From: Orbicella franksi
Taxonomy: Eukaryota
Direction: 5' to 3'
Length of the DNA: 64,000 bases
Assembly: GCA_964199315.1 (NCBI GenBank)
Contig: OZ116699.1
Span: 33,666,001 to 33,730,000 of the forward strand
The position numbers and the translations under genes are program-made. Of this stretch, positions 1 to 11,944 are shown one piece after another. The notes beneath the pieces were generated by a model, which saw only the letters and a program-made list of their open reading frames with translations, made no database searches and was not told the origin of the DNA. Every line of letters starts with the position of its first letter. Position 1 is the first letter of the stretch.

Positions 1-1855
1 AAAATGGTGTAAACATCTGGAACTTACTTTGGCTCTCTAGGCGACTCATTATCAGTACTGATCAAACAAGCATTTACATAAGCACTTTTCCTAATGCTTC
101 AACTTCTAAAAAGGCTCAAAATCATGGGATAAGTATATATTTTTCGACAAACTCGATCATAGCCTTGTGTCACGCACCTCCATAGCCCTGAAATTCAAAA
201 TGCTCTGGATTCCAAACGAAGCACGCTATTGAGCTGTAAAATCGTAAACAGATATAAATATACCGCCTCTTGTGCCTGATGAGGACAAAAACTTTGGTGG
301 CTCTTTCGTTTTGGATTTTAGAAAGTGATGACGTCACGTGAAAACGATCTATTTTTCCGATTTCCCGAAAAGAAATGTGTTCTCTTGAACGCAAAAACCA
401 CTCATCGCGATCTTTAACACCAGTTGCCATTAACAATGCATTTGTACCAATAGTTCTATGGAATATTCTATGTTGAAAGCTTCCTAGCTTACTAGCACTA
501 GTCAGTAATGGACTCCTGCACAAAGAATACTGTAAAAGGTAGTCCATTCTCCCACTAGGCACCGAAGATGTTTATTTCATTTACCCTGGACGTTAGTTGG
601 CTGTACGGCACTGAACTGACTTTTTCAATATATCATAAGTGAAACTGCACATACTTTTTGTAATAACAATCTAATTGTTAATTGGTGTTTGCAGCTTTTC
701 GTGTGACCTGAATAGTACATCTGCATGAGATTCATTCCTTTTCAGAATTGTTGATAAACCTCTCTTACTGAATAGTATGCTGAAGTTTTTTTCACATTAA
801 ATTTCATCCGAGTACAAAAGAATTGTGGAAAACAGTGGTTAAACGTGTATAAACTGAACTACGCAGAGTGTAAATATGACAGTCGAAATACGTAAATGGT
901 TTTTGTCCAGAGGTGAACACTTGTTCCTTATTCATATTACTGCATGCGTGATGGCAATCAGTGTATTTCGTTCTTTACCTGCTGGTGTATAAATGTAGGC
1001 TTCGTCTTCACTTCTTGAGAATCTTGAGAGAGACTCCGAAATATGGTAATTGCTGTGCTTAGTGTAGACATTTTATAGGCTGCATTGCCAGTTTCGGTTT
1101 CGTTTCAGCGCAAAACGACGTCCAGTTTAGCACTTAAGTAAGCGCACAATTACGATTGCAATTGTGTGCTTTGTTTTCCAAAAATCTCTTATTTATTTAT
1201 TCCGAAGGGAAAAACACCTGGTAGTGGAAACATTTTTTGGCTGTATCGTCAGTTTCGGTTTCGTTTCAGTACAAGAACGACGTCCGTTTCAGCACTAAAG
1301 ACGGTAAACGTCCCTTTTTAGAAACTCGCACATGCAGTTTGCATTCAGTTCTTTGTTTGCTTTGTTTTCTAAAAATATCTTGTTCATTTATTCCACAGAG
1401 AAAAAAATCCTGGCGATGGAAACATTCTTGCGATGATTTCTGTTTTCAAAACCTGTTTTTTCTTTTTCTTCAGTTTATCCCTGGACCTAAGCTAAGATCT
1501 TTGTTGCTGTAACAAGCGAGTATAAGGTAAAGAGTTAAACGGCTGGTAGACCCTTATTGGATAACAACATTGACGGCCGTCGACTAAAAGGCTCTAACAT
1601 ATTCCGTAAAGACGAGACTTTCGAAAGGTCATAAAGGCTCAATATTTGAAGTCTTTCGAAGCCTGATGTATAGTAATCTGCCTATCTTACGACAAATAGG
1701 ATTGTGTAATAGATATGTGCTTATTCTGCATTTTCGTAAATAGGCAAGCAGAAGTATCTAACAAGCGCTCAACCGTGAATGTGATAATTATTCATGATTG
1801 TACATGCAGTAATTGCAAAATCGATGGAAGTCAACAATCCTGGCAATCTCTAATT

Positions 1856-1856
1856 T

Positions 1857-1887
<31 letters not shown>

Positions 1888-1931
1888 TCCAATTTAAGCA
1901 ATTGGAAAGAAGAAGCCTGAAAAAATCAGGA

Positions 1932-1962
<31 letters not shown>

Positions 1963-2193
1963 GATACCGGTGCGATGCTCTACCAACTGAGCTACGAAGT
2001 CACACATTGGGAGCGAGGTCAATTTATTGAGTTCATATCTTCCCGTGAGGAGTGAAATGATGTGAAGTTTATATGAAATAATTCATATATGAACTGCGGT
2101 TGTAGATGAAAGTTTTCAGGCTTCTTTCCAATTGCTTAAATTGGAAAATTTACTGTGATGATCATTCTTCACTTTCATCTACAACCGCAGTTC
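1856..2193 (-). mobile_element. tRNA-like-core repeat: one ~257-bp unit plus an 81-bp inverted copy spanning the unit junction
   Basis: Unit 1856-2112 begins and ends with TGAAAG. 2113-2193 is the reverse complement of unit end (2091-2112) joined directly to unit start (1862-1924). The unit contains a tRNA-like fold at 1929-2001. Confidence 0.85.
1929..2001 (-). pseudogene. tRNA-like sequence (GGT/Thr-type anticodon loop) inside a repeat; probably not a functional tRNA
   Basis: The minus strand reads GACTTCG TA GCTC-AGTTGGTA-GAGC A TCGCA-CCGGTAT-CGCGG AGGTC ACGGG-TTCGAAT-CCCGT TGAAGTC. Acceptor, D and T arms pair and A/B boxes are present. The anticodon loop lacks U33 and the anticodon stem has an A-C mismatch. 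Confidence 0.7.
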
Positions 2194-2778
2194 GTTAAAG
2201 GCTATAGACTGATAGCCGAAAGCTTATGTTTTTAATATATTTTTAACCAGAGAACGTTTTTATTCCAATAGATCAAATTATTAATCAGTTGGGGTTTACG
2301 GTTTATGAACTTACTGCGAGATTTTGCGAGAGATTATTCATTGGGAACAGATCGATTGACTTAAAGTGCTATTTCATTTTGTCTGATGACAGACATGGAA
2401 GAGAAAACAAACTGAAGCAACAAGTGCCTCCGAAATCACTATTATAGATGCGTATTTACAATGTTTACAATTTGTCCTGAAGTCGTGAATTCTAGGCTGT
2501 TTTCGTTCTACTGTTTTACTGAAAAACTAATTGGATCTATTCTTTTGAGCTATGAATGAATCTTAAAAGTTTTGACAGAAAACAAATGGCTGATTTCCTC
2601 TATGGCCTGCAGGGAATTATGGTAGTGAGTGAAAGTCCTTTCCTTTTCAAATCCTTTTACTACTCTGTGAGTGAAAAACTAACCCTTCCCAGGATTCTAA
2701 ATAATGGAAAACATGCAGTTGAGCCTAAAAGGAGATTTAAACAGAGATGTCCATTCACTCGTGGTATTTGAGGTCACC

Positions 2779-2907
2779 GGTCGTTTAGCTCCCAATTCGA
2801 TTAGTCCCTGGCTAGTTAGCCCCCATCCAGAAGTTGATTAGTCCCCATCGACTTCTGTTTGGAGGCTAACCGGTTAGGGGCTAATCAACTTGGAGGCTAA
2901 ACAACCA
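2779..2907. mobile_element. Small palindromic MITE-like element
   Basis: Imperfect inverted repeats GGTCGTTTAGCTCCCAATTCGATTAGTCCC ... GGGGCTAATCAACTTGGAGGCTAAACAACC, with internal repeats of the TTAGYCCC motif. Confidence 0.55.
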
Positions 2908-3059
2908 ATAATCGCAAATACTATGAGTGAATGGACATCTCTACTAAATATAAACACATTTCCAAACAGACTACAAATCTTTCTTAGTGAAGCCAGATTC
3001 TCAGAGTCACTAAGCTAGTTGGAAAATTTAATATCAAAATGTACACTCATATCATATTG

Positions 3060-6000
3060 TCATGGAGTAATTCTATATACATCTCGAACTGGAACCAGCT
3101 TGGGTCCCTTGAACGGCTCCCTTGGTATGACACTGATATACTTTTTCTCTTCAAATGGTTCTTGTTGTCCTAAGCACCAATGGTATGGAGGAGCACGTTC
3201 ACTTCGGAATTTCACAAATCCTTCTACCAGTGCATATAATGTGCTATCTTTACCAATACCAACCTGAAAGTTTAACAAGCAATAATATTCTGAGCAGATA
3301 AATTCATCTAACTCAGAAATAAAGCATAAAGGTCAGAAGAAATGGGATGGAAAGGGTCTAAGAGGCCTGAAAAAGTAAGGTGATATGAACTAACTTTGGA
3401 TAAAAAAATTGTTAATAATTAAACCCAGTGAGTTCAGCTACAGCAAGTACGAAATGTCTGACCATCTGTCAAAACCCCCAGTCTCTTCTGGCTAATAATA
3501 AGTGCTCCAGAAATACTGGCACTTGAAATATGAAATTACCAATAAGTTGACCTCTGCCCCCCTTCCAAGCCTGTTTAAGACTTGCAAGGATTAAGACTAA
3601 AATGTATTATTTATAATGTATAAACCTGTCTAATGTATGATGGTAAAAATCCTGATTTGTCATAAATGTTTTGGTTAACTGTTGACAGATATCCAGTGGA
3701 AAAAAATTCTCACTGACAATTTAATAAGATTGTAAAACTGCTTACATTCAGTCCAGGATAACATCTGAGGTCTTTTTTTCTCTGTCTCATAAGAATAGTA
3801 CCTGGGGTTACACGTTCACCTGTTGAGATGGCCCAAAGATTCTCATTTCAATTCATTTGCTATGAATGATTTGTTTAGCAAGTTTAGAACTGAGAGTGTG
3901 TTTAATCAAGTACATGGTTTACTGTTCGAGTGCACAAGCATGTCAACACAAACAAGGCACACTAACCCTATCAGCTTTTTGAATTAACTTGTTTTTTAGT
4001 ATTATAATTCTGGTGCTGTAATTTTGATTTTCCACTGGACCATAAGGGAGACTACAGCCTTTGACTGTAATAATATGCAACCTACTGAAATAAAGTGTGA
4101 TTTATAAGAATCTGTGTTTAAGCTGATGTTTCCACAAGATTATAAAAGTGGCACTCTTCAATGAAGTTTTGCTTGTATAGTTGGCTCCTGCAAGCATTGA
4201 TATTTGAAAAGTCAATGTTTCAGGAGACATCAACTTGACATAATACTATACAGATACAGATCTCTACATCCGCACATAACAATATGTGTGAGTTCAGTTG
4301 AGCCAGAGCTTGGTATTAGATTAAAGACAACTGCAGGAAAAAATCCTCACTTCTGATAATAGGTTTTTACTGTACCCAAATTGGCTTTAATACTCCCAAC
4401 CCTGTCTGTAAAATATTTTTGTCAAGTCATAATGTGTTTGTTATTCCTTGTTAACATAAAAAAAGGTAAAGTCTGCATGTGAGCCAAGTGGCCCATCAGG
4501 CCGGAGCTTATCCCGGTTTCTGTAGCATGAAGCGACTAAGAGTATTTCTACTCCCCCCTGGATGGGATGCTAGTCCATCGCAGGGTTACCCCCAGCATTA
4601 AGATCGCCGGTACCTGTTTATACACCTGGGTGGAGAGAGGCACTGTGAGAGTAAAGTGTTTTGCCCAAGAACGCAACACAATGTCCCCGGCCAGGGCTCG
4701 AACCCGGACCGCTTGATCCGGAGACGAGCGCACTAACCATGAGGCCACTGCACCTCCCAATGATGGGAGATGATGGAAGCCAATAAATTTTCTTTGTTGC
4801 TAGTACAGCTAGTCATAGGCATTAACATGGTTTTCAATAAACTATCATCTTCAGTTGATATTCTATAGTCTGATATAGTCTGATATCCTAGACTTTCCAT
4901 TACATCAAATATTATGTAATCATTTCTGTCTTCTACAGTGATGTTTGTGAAATGACCTTCTAGATTCATTCATAATACATCAAGATAAAACAAAAGAAAT
5001 TATTGTCTTGATGTTGTTTAGAAATGTGTTCTTAGTCAGCAAAGATGTTTGCTTCTTTTTCTTCTTTGTTTTCTATTTAGTTTTGCTTTTGGTTGAGAAG
5101 GCTTATCAAACAAAAGAGACAGTCTTCTATTGCATTTCCAAACACCTCAAGACTCATCAAAAATACTCTGCTGGACATGGTATTTTCACTCTCTTCTTGG
5201 TGTATAGAAATGTAATGAAACACTGTCTATCTAGTCATGTTTGATATATAACATCATTCAATTTTAATGGTTTTTATTGAACTATCAGTCATGAATTGTA
5301 TTCATGACAATTATTTTTGCAGGTTTAGTTGTAACTCTTTTGTCCCACACTTTTCATATCATAGGTTATTATGCCACTTGATATAAAAGGACAACAAATA
5401 CATGTTCTGATTAATTCATTATAACTTGGAGCATGGTGACATGTCAAACCAAGATTGGTAACTGCATGCATAATGATATTGGTTAAATAGATGATTTGAC
5501 TATAAAGGCCTTGAACTACTGTATTCTTTTAATTTCCAAGCTTTCACTGATCTACCGCATTGTCTATTTAATCAACCAACATGCTACTGAAGGACAACAT
5601 TACTTCAAACATTTACTATTAATAATGATTGTAAAACATGAATGTTGAAGGGTGTCTAGCATACCATCAAATCTCTTTGGTCCATAATTTTTGCCTTTCC
5701 TTTTCCTATTGTGATTCTGCTTGTTCCTTGAGTGTCCTGCAGATTTCTTAGCAGCTGTTCGACTCTGCATAATGACTCCAGGTAAACCTGTGCCACATAA
5801 ATGGTAGTCAAGACTTTTCTAGTCCTAGGGACTGGAGGAGTCTGCAGACTCAACAGTGGAGGCATTTAACTGTAAACTCTGATTTCTGTAGCTCTGGACT
5901 ATTGCTATCTCCTTGGATAGAATGCGAGTCCATCAATTTTTTACTGTTTAAAAAAAGTAAAGATGAGCGCCCCCCCTCCTCCAACCCCTAGCTTAGCTCA

Positions 6001-6952
6001 AACTCTTAAAGAAAATGAAAAATAGCTGGATATAGTGGAAGTTTGCGATGGGTGAAGGCACATTGACTGAGAAAGCATATCCAAGGGAAAACACTGGGGT
6101 AGAATCTGTCGTGACAGGTGTATTTTCCAGTAACAAGTTACCAGTCATAAACATGTATCCTTCAACCCTGATTGCAAATATAGATCCTCATGATCAAACT
6201 AGTGCCCACTGGATTGCAGTGTACTTAAACAATAAAACTTCATTATAACACATTTGTAAAAAACGGTCTCCAGAAATACTTGGCTGTATATGATGGATCC
6301 ACAGTCAGTCAGCTACTTTGACAATGTTATAATGACATTCATGATCGATAACAGGACAGACACATGAAACAAGGATGCCATTATGATCAGACTCCAGTTT
6401 GAAAAATCTGGACTGACAGCATGTATATAAGTTAGTTATTTTAGTTAGGAGAAGTTAAATAAACCATGCTTGTTTGCTAATACATTGTGTCCAGATACCC
6501 GGCAGCTGGGAAGTGTTTCAAAACACTAGATACCCGGCAGTCTGAAATAATTACTGTAGAATTTCAACGAAATAACTCGTTCAGTTCTTCTTAGAATAGT
6601 ATATCTTTGTTTAGAAATTTCGAGCGATTTCAAGTATTATTTTGGCTTTGCAGTTGAGGAATTTTCGTATAAAATCACGATTTTTCGACATTAAAAAACG
6701 TCGTACTCTGACTCCGGAGTCAGCTCTCGTTCACACAAAATGGACAGTTGAAACCCTCTGAGATATTCCCCTGTGCGGAACACCATTCAGCAACATGACT
6801 TGTTTTCCATCTCTGTTACGTTGTTTTAATGCTACTGCATGATGGATACTTAACATTTTCTTGCAAAATTTACATAAGATATACTCACCTCTGAAGGGTT
6901 GAAAAACTCCATCCCATTTTCGAGCGCAGAGCGCCGCCATGATGGCAGCCAT
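3060..6952 (-). CDS. MRPL27: Mitochondrial ribosomal protein L27 (bL27m), 154 aa
   Basis: Exons complement(6889-6952, 5665-5787, 3746-3819, 3060-3263), all GT-AG, in frame, 465 nt. The protein has a transit-like N-terminus (MAAIMAALCARKW), then AAKKSAGHSRN...GPKRFDGERVTPGTILMRQR...[24 protein letters not shown], the bL27 signature. The start could also be the ATG at 6940. Confidence 0.93.
4461..4758 (-). mobile_element. tRNA-derived SINE (~300 bp) in MRPL27 intron 2
   Basis: Minus-strand head GGGAGGTGCAGTGGCCTCATGGTTAG (A box) ... GGTTCGAGCCC (B box). Conserved body (CTTGGGCAAAACACTTTACTCTCAC ... CCCTGCGATGGACTAGCATCCCATCCAGGGGGGAG) and a GACTTTACCTTTT tail. Confidence 0.9.
5103..5247. repeat. 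Hairpin-type (inverted-repeat) interspersed element
   Basis: TATCAAACAAAAGAGACAGT ... ACTGTCTATCTAGTCATGTTTGATA terminal inverted repeat. Confidence 0.5.
6117..6224 (+). pseudogene. Relic of a Polinton/Maverick (adenain-like) cysteine protease gene
   Basis: Translation GVFSSNKLPVINMYPSTLIANIDPHDQTSAHWIAVY matches the GVF..D.LP...YP..LI.N.DP......HW.AVY pattern around the catalytic His of Polinton/adenoviral proteases. The frame ends in stops soon after. Confidence 0.7.
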
Positions 6953-7131
6953 GTTCTTTCTGGGCCCCACCAACAGCGATGGTCAGCGGTAATAATTGTC
7001 ATGTAAGACAACTAATCATGTCCCTTCCAGAAGGGTGCCCACTTTTGCCCGAGGACTTTGCTGCTTCAGTGTGATTTCACCATGTAAGAACTGCACCTTA
7101 ATCTGATAGGGCTTTGATAGATAGTATTGTA

Positions 7132-7262
7132 GAGTGCGTAGCAGGTGCCACGAGAAAGGAAAGGGAAGAGAGGAGGTTGGGAGAAAGGAGAAAGGATTAC
7201 CCTTTTCCATCGCGTTTTTTGCCTCGCCTACTCTTTGTCCGTTTTTGCTTACTACGCAGACT
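7132..7262. mobile_element. MITE with (T)AGCCTGCGTAGCAGG-type termini; a related copy lies at ~52835-52955
   Basis: AGAGTGCGTAGCAGG ... CTTACTACGCAGACT inverted ends flank a purine-rich then pyrimidine-rich interior. Confidence 0.55.
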
Positions 7263-7855
7263 CGTATCGTTTAAGGTCCCGATAACTGAACTTCAGAAAC
7301 CAGCTGAACTTAATTTCCCAGTAGGAATCGCTCGTTATATAACTTTATTTGGATAGTAAAAATCCGTACTCCGAACGTTATTAAATTTTTGTTTTTGATG
7401 TAATTATTTTCTCACTTATTTACAAGAAATTGACCTTATTTACAAATGTACTGCTAAACCTAGTCGGGGTAAAATTGCCATTTTTTCCAGTCGCAGAGGA
7501 ATGAGGCTAAATGCATAAAGCGAGGCCAATACTGTGTTTTGCCAGAGTATAGCGAGAATGGAGGTAATTTCTATGGCTACCCTGTAACTCATCCAAGCAC
7601 ACTACCTCTGTAACACAACGATCATTCGGCCTGAGACTATTGACTGCAAGTTAAGAACTCTTCTAATTGTGATTAATTTGTTTTTCTAAATTGCAGTTAA
7701 TTACTGTCCTTGTAACTAGTTTTCATGGCCGTTTTCCGCTCTCTTTTCTCTTCTAATTGAGAGTATATTTTTCTTTCTAAATTGCATTGAGTTGCGGTCC
7801 TTGTTAAGTATAATTAGTTCCCATGACCGTTTTTCTCTTTCTCTGACTTTTTACG

Positions 7856-10800
7856 TCATTCAGTATCACCTCCTATCTCTCCGTCTTCTTTCTCTTCATG
7901 GAATGGCTTTTGATTGACGTTGTTCTTTTCCTTTTCCTCCCCCTCCGCCTCGTCTCCGTCCTTGTCCCCCTCAGTGGAAACTGATTCGAAAGCTACTTTC
8001 GTGTGCCCGACAATGATGGACGATGACAGCAATTCCTTCGGCACATTTCCCGGGGATTTCATGCGCAGATAGCGAGTGTGTTGAATCTCATCTACTGAAT
8101 GAGTCTTCTTCTCTTTTTGCGACGGAAATCGGTCTCTGCCCGCGACGTCATCGTCATCATCGCTGCTCCAAAAACACAGTTCCTCATTCTCCAGTCTTGG
8201 GAAGTCTCCCTCATCTTTCACAAGCTCCTCGCCTTCAGGCAGTTCAGCTTTGAGGGAAGACTCAATGAGCCACTCCTTTCCGATTTCCAAGGAAATTTGT
8301 TGCTTTTCTGTGGGCCTTGGTGAAACACTGTGATGGTTAAGTGATTCTGCCCGCGGAGATAACTCCTTTGCAGTTTGATCCCTCGTCAAACTGTTAACCC
8401 TTTTTCGGTATCTTTCTGCCCCTTCATCTTTGGATAGATTTGGAAGCGAGCCTCGAGCCAGTAGTTTAGGCAAGTGGAATAGATCTTCTTGAGAAGTTTG
8501 GGCCTGCTCGGTTACGATAGGCTGAAAACCCCGCAATCTTCTGAACTGAGGTGAAGGTGGTGCTCGCGGCGAAAGCCTTCCTTTATCAACATCCTGAAAT
8601 ATGTTTATAAAGAACGGGAAATTAGTTCAAATGATCTGAACTATACCATGGCAAAACAGGTTGCTTTTAAATGTCTGTTTTTTCATATAATGTAAAACCA
8701 TCTGATAGGACGGCTAACGCGAATTTTTCAAGTTGATCACTTGCTCATTTATCATTATTCTTTATTCTCCAAAGCTATGACTGGATTATAATATTACACA
8801 AAAATTCCTCTCTTGAAATGCCAAAGTAAAAATATCATTTCTGGAAAAAAAAAATAAGAAAACGTACAGCGCTATGTAAAAGCTGGAGGAAATTATTTTG
8901 AGTTTAATGTATTTCTAAACTTAAACAAAAAGGTCACAACATCTTATTGTTTAATGGTTGCGGAGAGCTGAGGTCGGCGCGTGACAACGTTAGAAACAAC
9001 CATTCACCCGAACGTCAATGGTTAACATGCTCGTTGTAACTGGTCAGCATTTGCAGTGTAATACCAGCTATTTAGTTATGACGTCACTCGAAATATTTCT
9101 CTCAGTTTGATAGGATAACCAAAATACAAAAAGAAAGTGTTTACATAAGAAAAGAGGATTGGTTTGGTACACCAACAAGGTCGCGGTGTCATTGTTTTGG
9201 AACACCAATACGGCTGCCGTGAGGTCATGTGGAAATGCAGTTTGCGCTTTAGATATTATTTGAACGTAATATTAAGCATTATTATGACTATATGAGTCAC
9301 TATTGCTACAGATTTTGAGTTTAGTCATTGAAGTATCGTCTGGTCTTGTCTCTTTCAGATGTATGTGCAAAACGGATTAAGCGCCCCTTCGCTAATGAGC
9401 GCACACTATACAAAAAACTAAATTAGTGCAGCGGAGACGAAATTGAATCATTTCGGTATAATTAATATAACAGTTCATACAGGCGATGTAGAGATGAAGA
9501 GCTAAAAATAATTCAGCACTATGAAACAGTGGAAGCTACTGGCGTTAAGGAACGAATACATAATGATGTTCTTATAAAACACATTACCGTTTACTAGTAT
9601 TAAAACAATTTACAGATAGCCGACCTTCAGAGAAAATGAACAATGCTTCTGGCTTTGTTGTACGGTACAGTAGAAACATTCTATTTTAACAATGAAACAA
9701 TAGAAATCAAGGCATGGGATGTTACAGAAAGTATTCAATGTGCAAACTTAACAACGAAACATGTCAGTTTACGTCTCTTGTCTGATCTGTGTTTGTTTTA
9801 ATCGATAATCACAATGAAGAAATTATAAGAACCTTAAAATATTTTCAACGTGTTATCGCAATTTAGCATAAGTTCATGCGACTTGTGGATGAAAATTTTC
9901 TCTCTGGTACCATGCGGTAATTTTGAATTGCGCCAGGCAATTTCAAGTACATGTGTTGAAACCTTCAGTCAAAGACAATTCATTTATTGCGGATTAAAAT
10001 TAACACCTCGCAGTTTTAAAGGACGTCCTTCGCCGGCTGACATAGCGAAGGGCCAAACTATTAGCAGAGTAATACCCGACATCGTTAATACAGGGTAGAT
10101 CCAGGACCTAAAATTCGCGCTATTGAAACAACTTAACCGCGGTCGACATCTAATCAACTTCTGGAACCCACACATTGTTTTCCTCGCATTCCTCGCTCTC
10201 TCTTCAACAGGCTTTGAATAATAAAACCAAAACCCTCTTTCGCGGCCATGATTCCCGTCTAAACGAACTTACCTCGAAGTCGACGGGCGATGTTTTCGCC
10301 CGTAGTCGCGCACCTTGTTTTGCAGTTGGCGTCGAAAACGATCGTTCCAAAGCTATCTTCGAATTTGTCCAACCAACATGAACAAAGTTCACTGGAGTGT
10401 CCAGCGTGTTAGCACGTCGTCTTTCTATACGCAGCGAGCAGGGCAAGGACCGTGTGCCTTTGTCAGGGTCTAGTGTATTTGAACTGCGCATTTGAGACAA
10501 AATTGGCGAAGGTGGTGCTGGAAGTCTAACTCCTGGTGAGCAAAGTGTCTGTTGAGTCGCTAGCCTGGTCTTGAAGTCGTTTCTTCCCCCGTCATTTGGT
10601 GACGCGAGACAAGCAGTTCGCAAATGTTCATCGATCTCTTGGCCATCCAAGGGTTCATTCCCATCCAGGGAAGTGGATAAATTTTTGTCAGAATCATTGC
10701 TTTTCTGGCGTTGATAAAATTTACTCTTTTGGTTACTTGAAGGCTGACTTTGAGGGCGCGCTGAATGTGTTGCCGACGATCCGCCTCGCTCACTTGTTGC

Positions 10801-11100
10801 ATTCTCAGAGAGAGCTCCTTTACAAAACTCAGCAACTGTTTGCTGCATGATGGCGCTGTCAGCTTCCGAGCCGGAACGAGTCCGGCGAATCGACGGAAGC
10901 TTACTCTTCCACAGTTGAAGAAAATCGAGCTTCTGTTTAGTCAGTGAATTCATCAAACTCCTTCGTTCTTTTTGCAAACGCGACAGCCCTTTCTTTAAGT
11001 CTTCGTCGTAGGCTGAATTTATGTTTAAGGCTTTCTTTATGTTTTCGCTGCGCATGGCGTCGTGTTGGGCCAGTTCCTTGAAAGACAATCCGTGAGCCAT
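7856..11100 (-). CDS. Unit A: CCDC190-like coiled-coil/disordered protein, 521 aa
   Basis: Exon 1 complement(10273-11100), from MAHGLSF to ...PVDFE|GTAAGT, phase 0. Exon 2 complement(7856-8593), from TTTCAG|DVDKGRLSP to the stop. N-terminal heptad segment, long S/R/P-rich disordered region and a C-terminal RYLR motif. The family call rests on recalled motif similarity. Confidence 0.72.
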
Positions 11101-11174
11101 ATTCCAAGGAAAGGATGCTTTGAAACTGCGACCGAGATATGATTCGTGTACGCATACAGCCAACATGTACACAA

Positions 11175-11234
11175 GCTCTTGTTTAGGATGCTTGCGTACT
11201 TTTAGCTCTTGTTTAGGATGCTTGCGTACTTTTT
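11175..11234. repeat. Perfect 30-bp tandem duplication just upstream of the unit A start codon
   Basis: GCTCTTGTTTAGGATGCTTGCGTACTTTT(A/T) twice. Confidence 0.9.
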
Positions 11235-11944
11235 ACCTCTACTTTTGTTTCAAGAACAATGGTGAAAAAATCCGTAAATGCATCCTTTGACATGTTTGAG
11301 TGCCTTCATAACAGGGTGAAGTGATTAATTATCAATTGATGTTGCTAGCCTTATTCAGTCCAATTTTATAGTTCAGTCACTCCTGTCACACTGACAATCA
11401 AAAGCTTAGAAGCCCCAAGGGCCCTGTGATTGTTGAAGAAGGAGCAGTCTCTTCGCTTCAAGCTCACGAGGAGTAGTCTTCACTATCTTCCTGGACTGTT
11501 TTGCTACCTTCTCCCGGCTCTCTCAAGGTCATTTATTCATTGATAAAATTTAATTAACAACAATTGATTTGGACATTACGCTCTGCCTTGCTGTCGCTAC
11601 TGAGTCAACTGATGCACCTCGTTTCCTGTCGCTGTAATTTGCTTCTGGGGCAGGCGTCGAAAATGTGAGGCACAGTGATCTTTTATATGTTAAGCTTCTT
11701 AGATTTTCAGTGAAAAATTACTTATTGAATTTATTATTATAATTATTTCAACCCAGGGCTTAACCTTGGGTTTAACTAAGAAAGTATAGAACTTTATAAT
11801 CGTAGAAGTTTCCTATTTGAAAAGCAGTGCACACACTTTCAAGCTTGCAAACTAGAAAACATGATAATTTACAGTGCAGATGCTTGTAGAATGACAATTT
11901 TTATTCGCTTCACTGAACACTTTAATAACATCCAGACAACTCAC

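Noticed and set aside
1-1050. Possible small minus-strand exons (GTAAGT at ~27, GTAAGC at ~490, GTAAAG at ~977) and ORF 170-562
   Set aside because: No recognisable protein, and the ORF runs through a common repeat. A gene model could not be supported from sequence alone.
1929-2001. Functional tRNA-Thr(GGU)
   Set aside because: It lacks U33, has a mismatched anticodon stem and sits inside a repeat. Eukaryotes normally use Thr(AGU).
3746-3819. Apparent frameshift at the A-run in MRPL27 exon 3
   Set aside because: A recount (7 T on the plus strand) shows the frame is intact: RQRKKDLRCYPGLN.
11400-11720. Coding-like minus-strand text between units B and A as B's own terminal exon
   Set aside because: Short open frames exist (e.g. 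LTFSTPAPEANY...), but no phase-0 acceptor or RYLR motif was found. It remains the main alternative to the shared-exon model.
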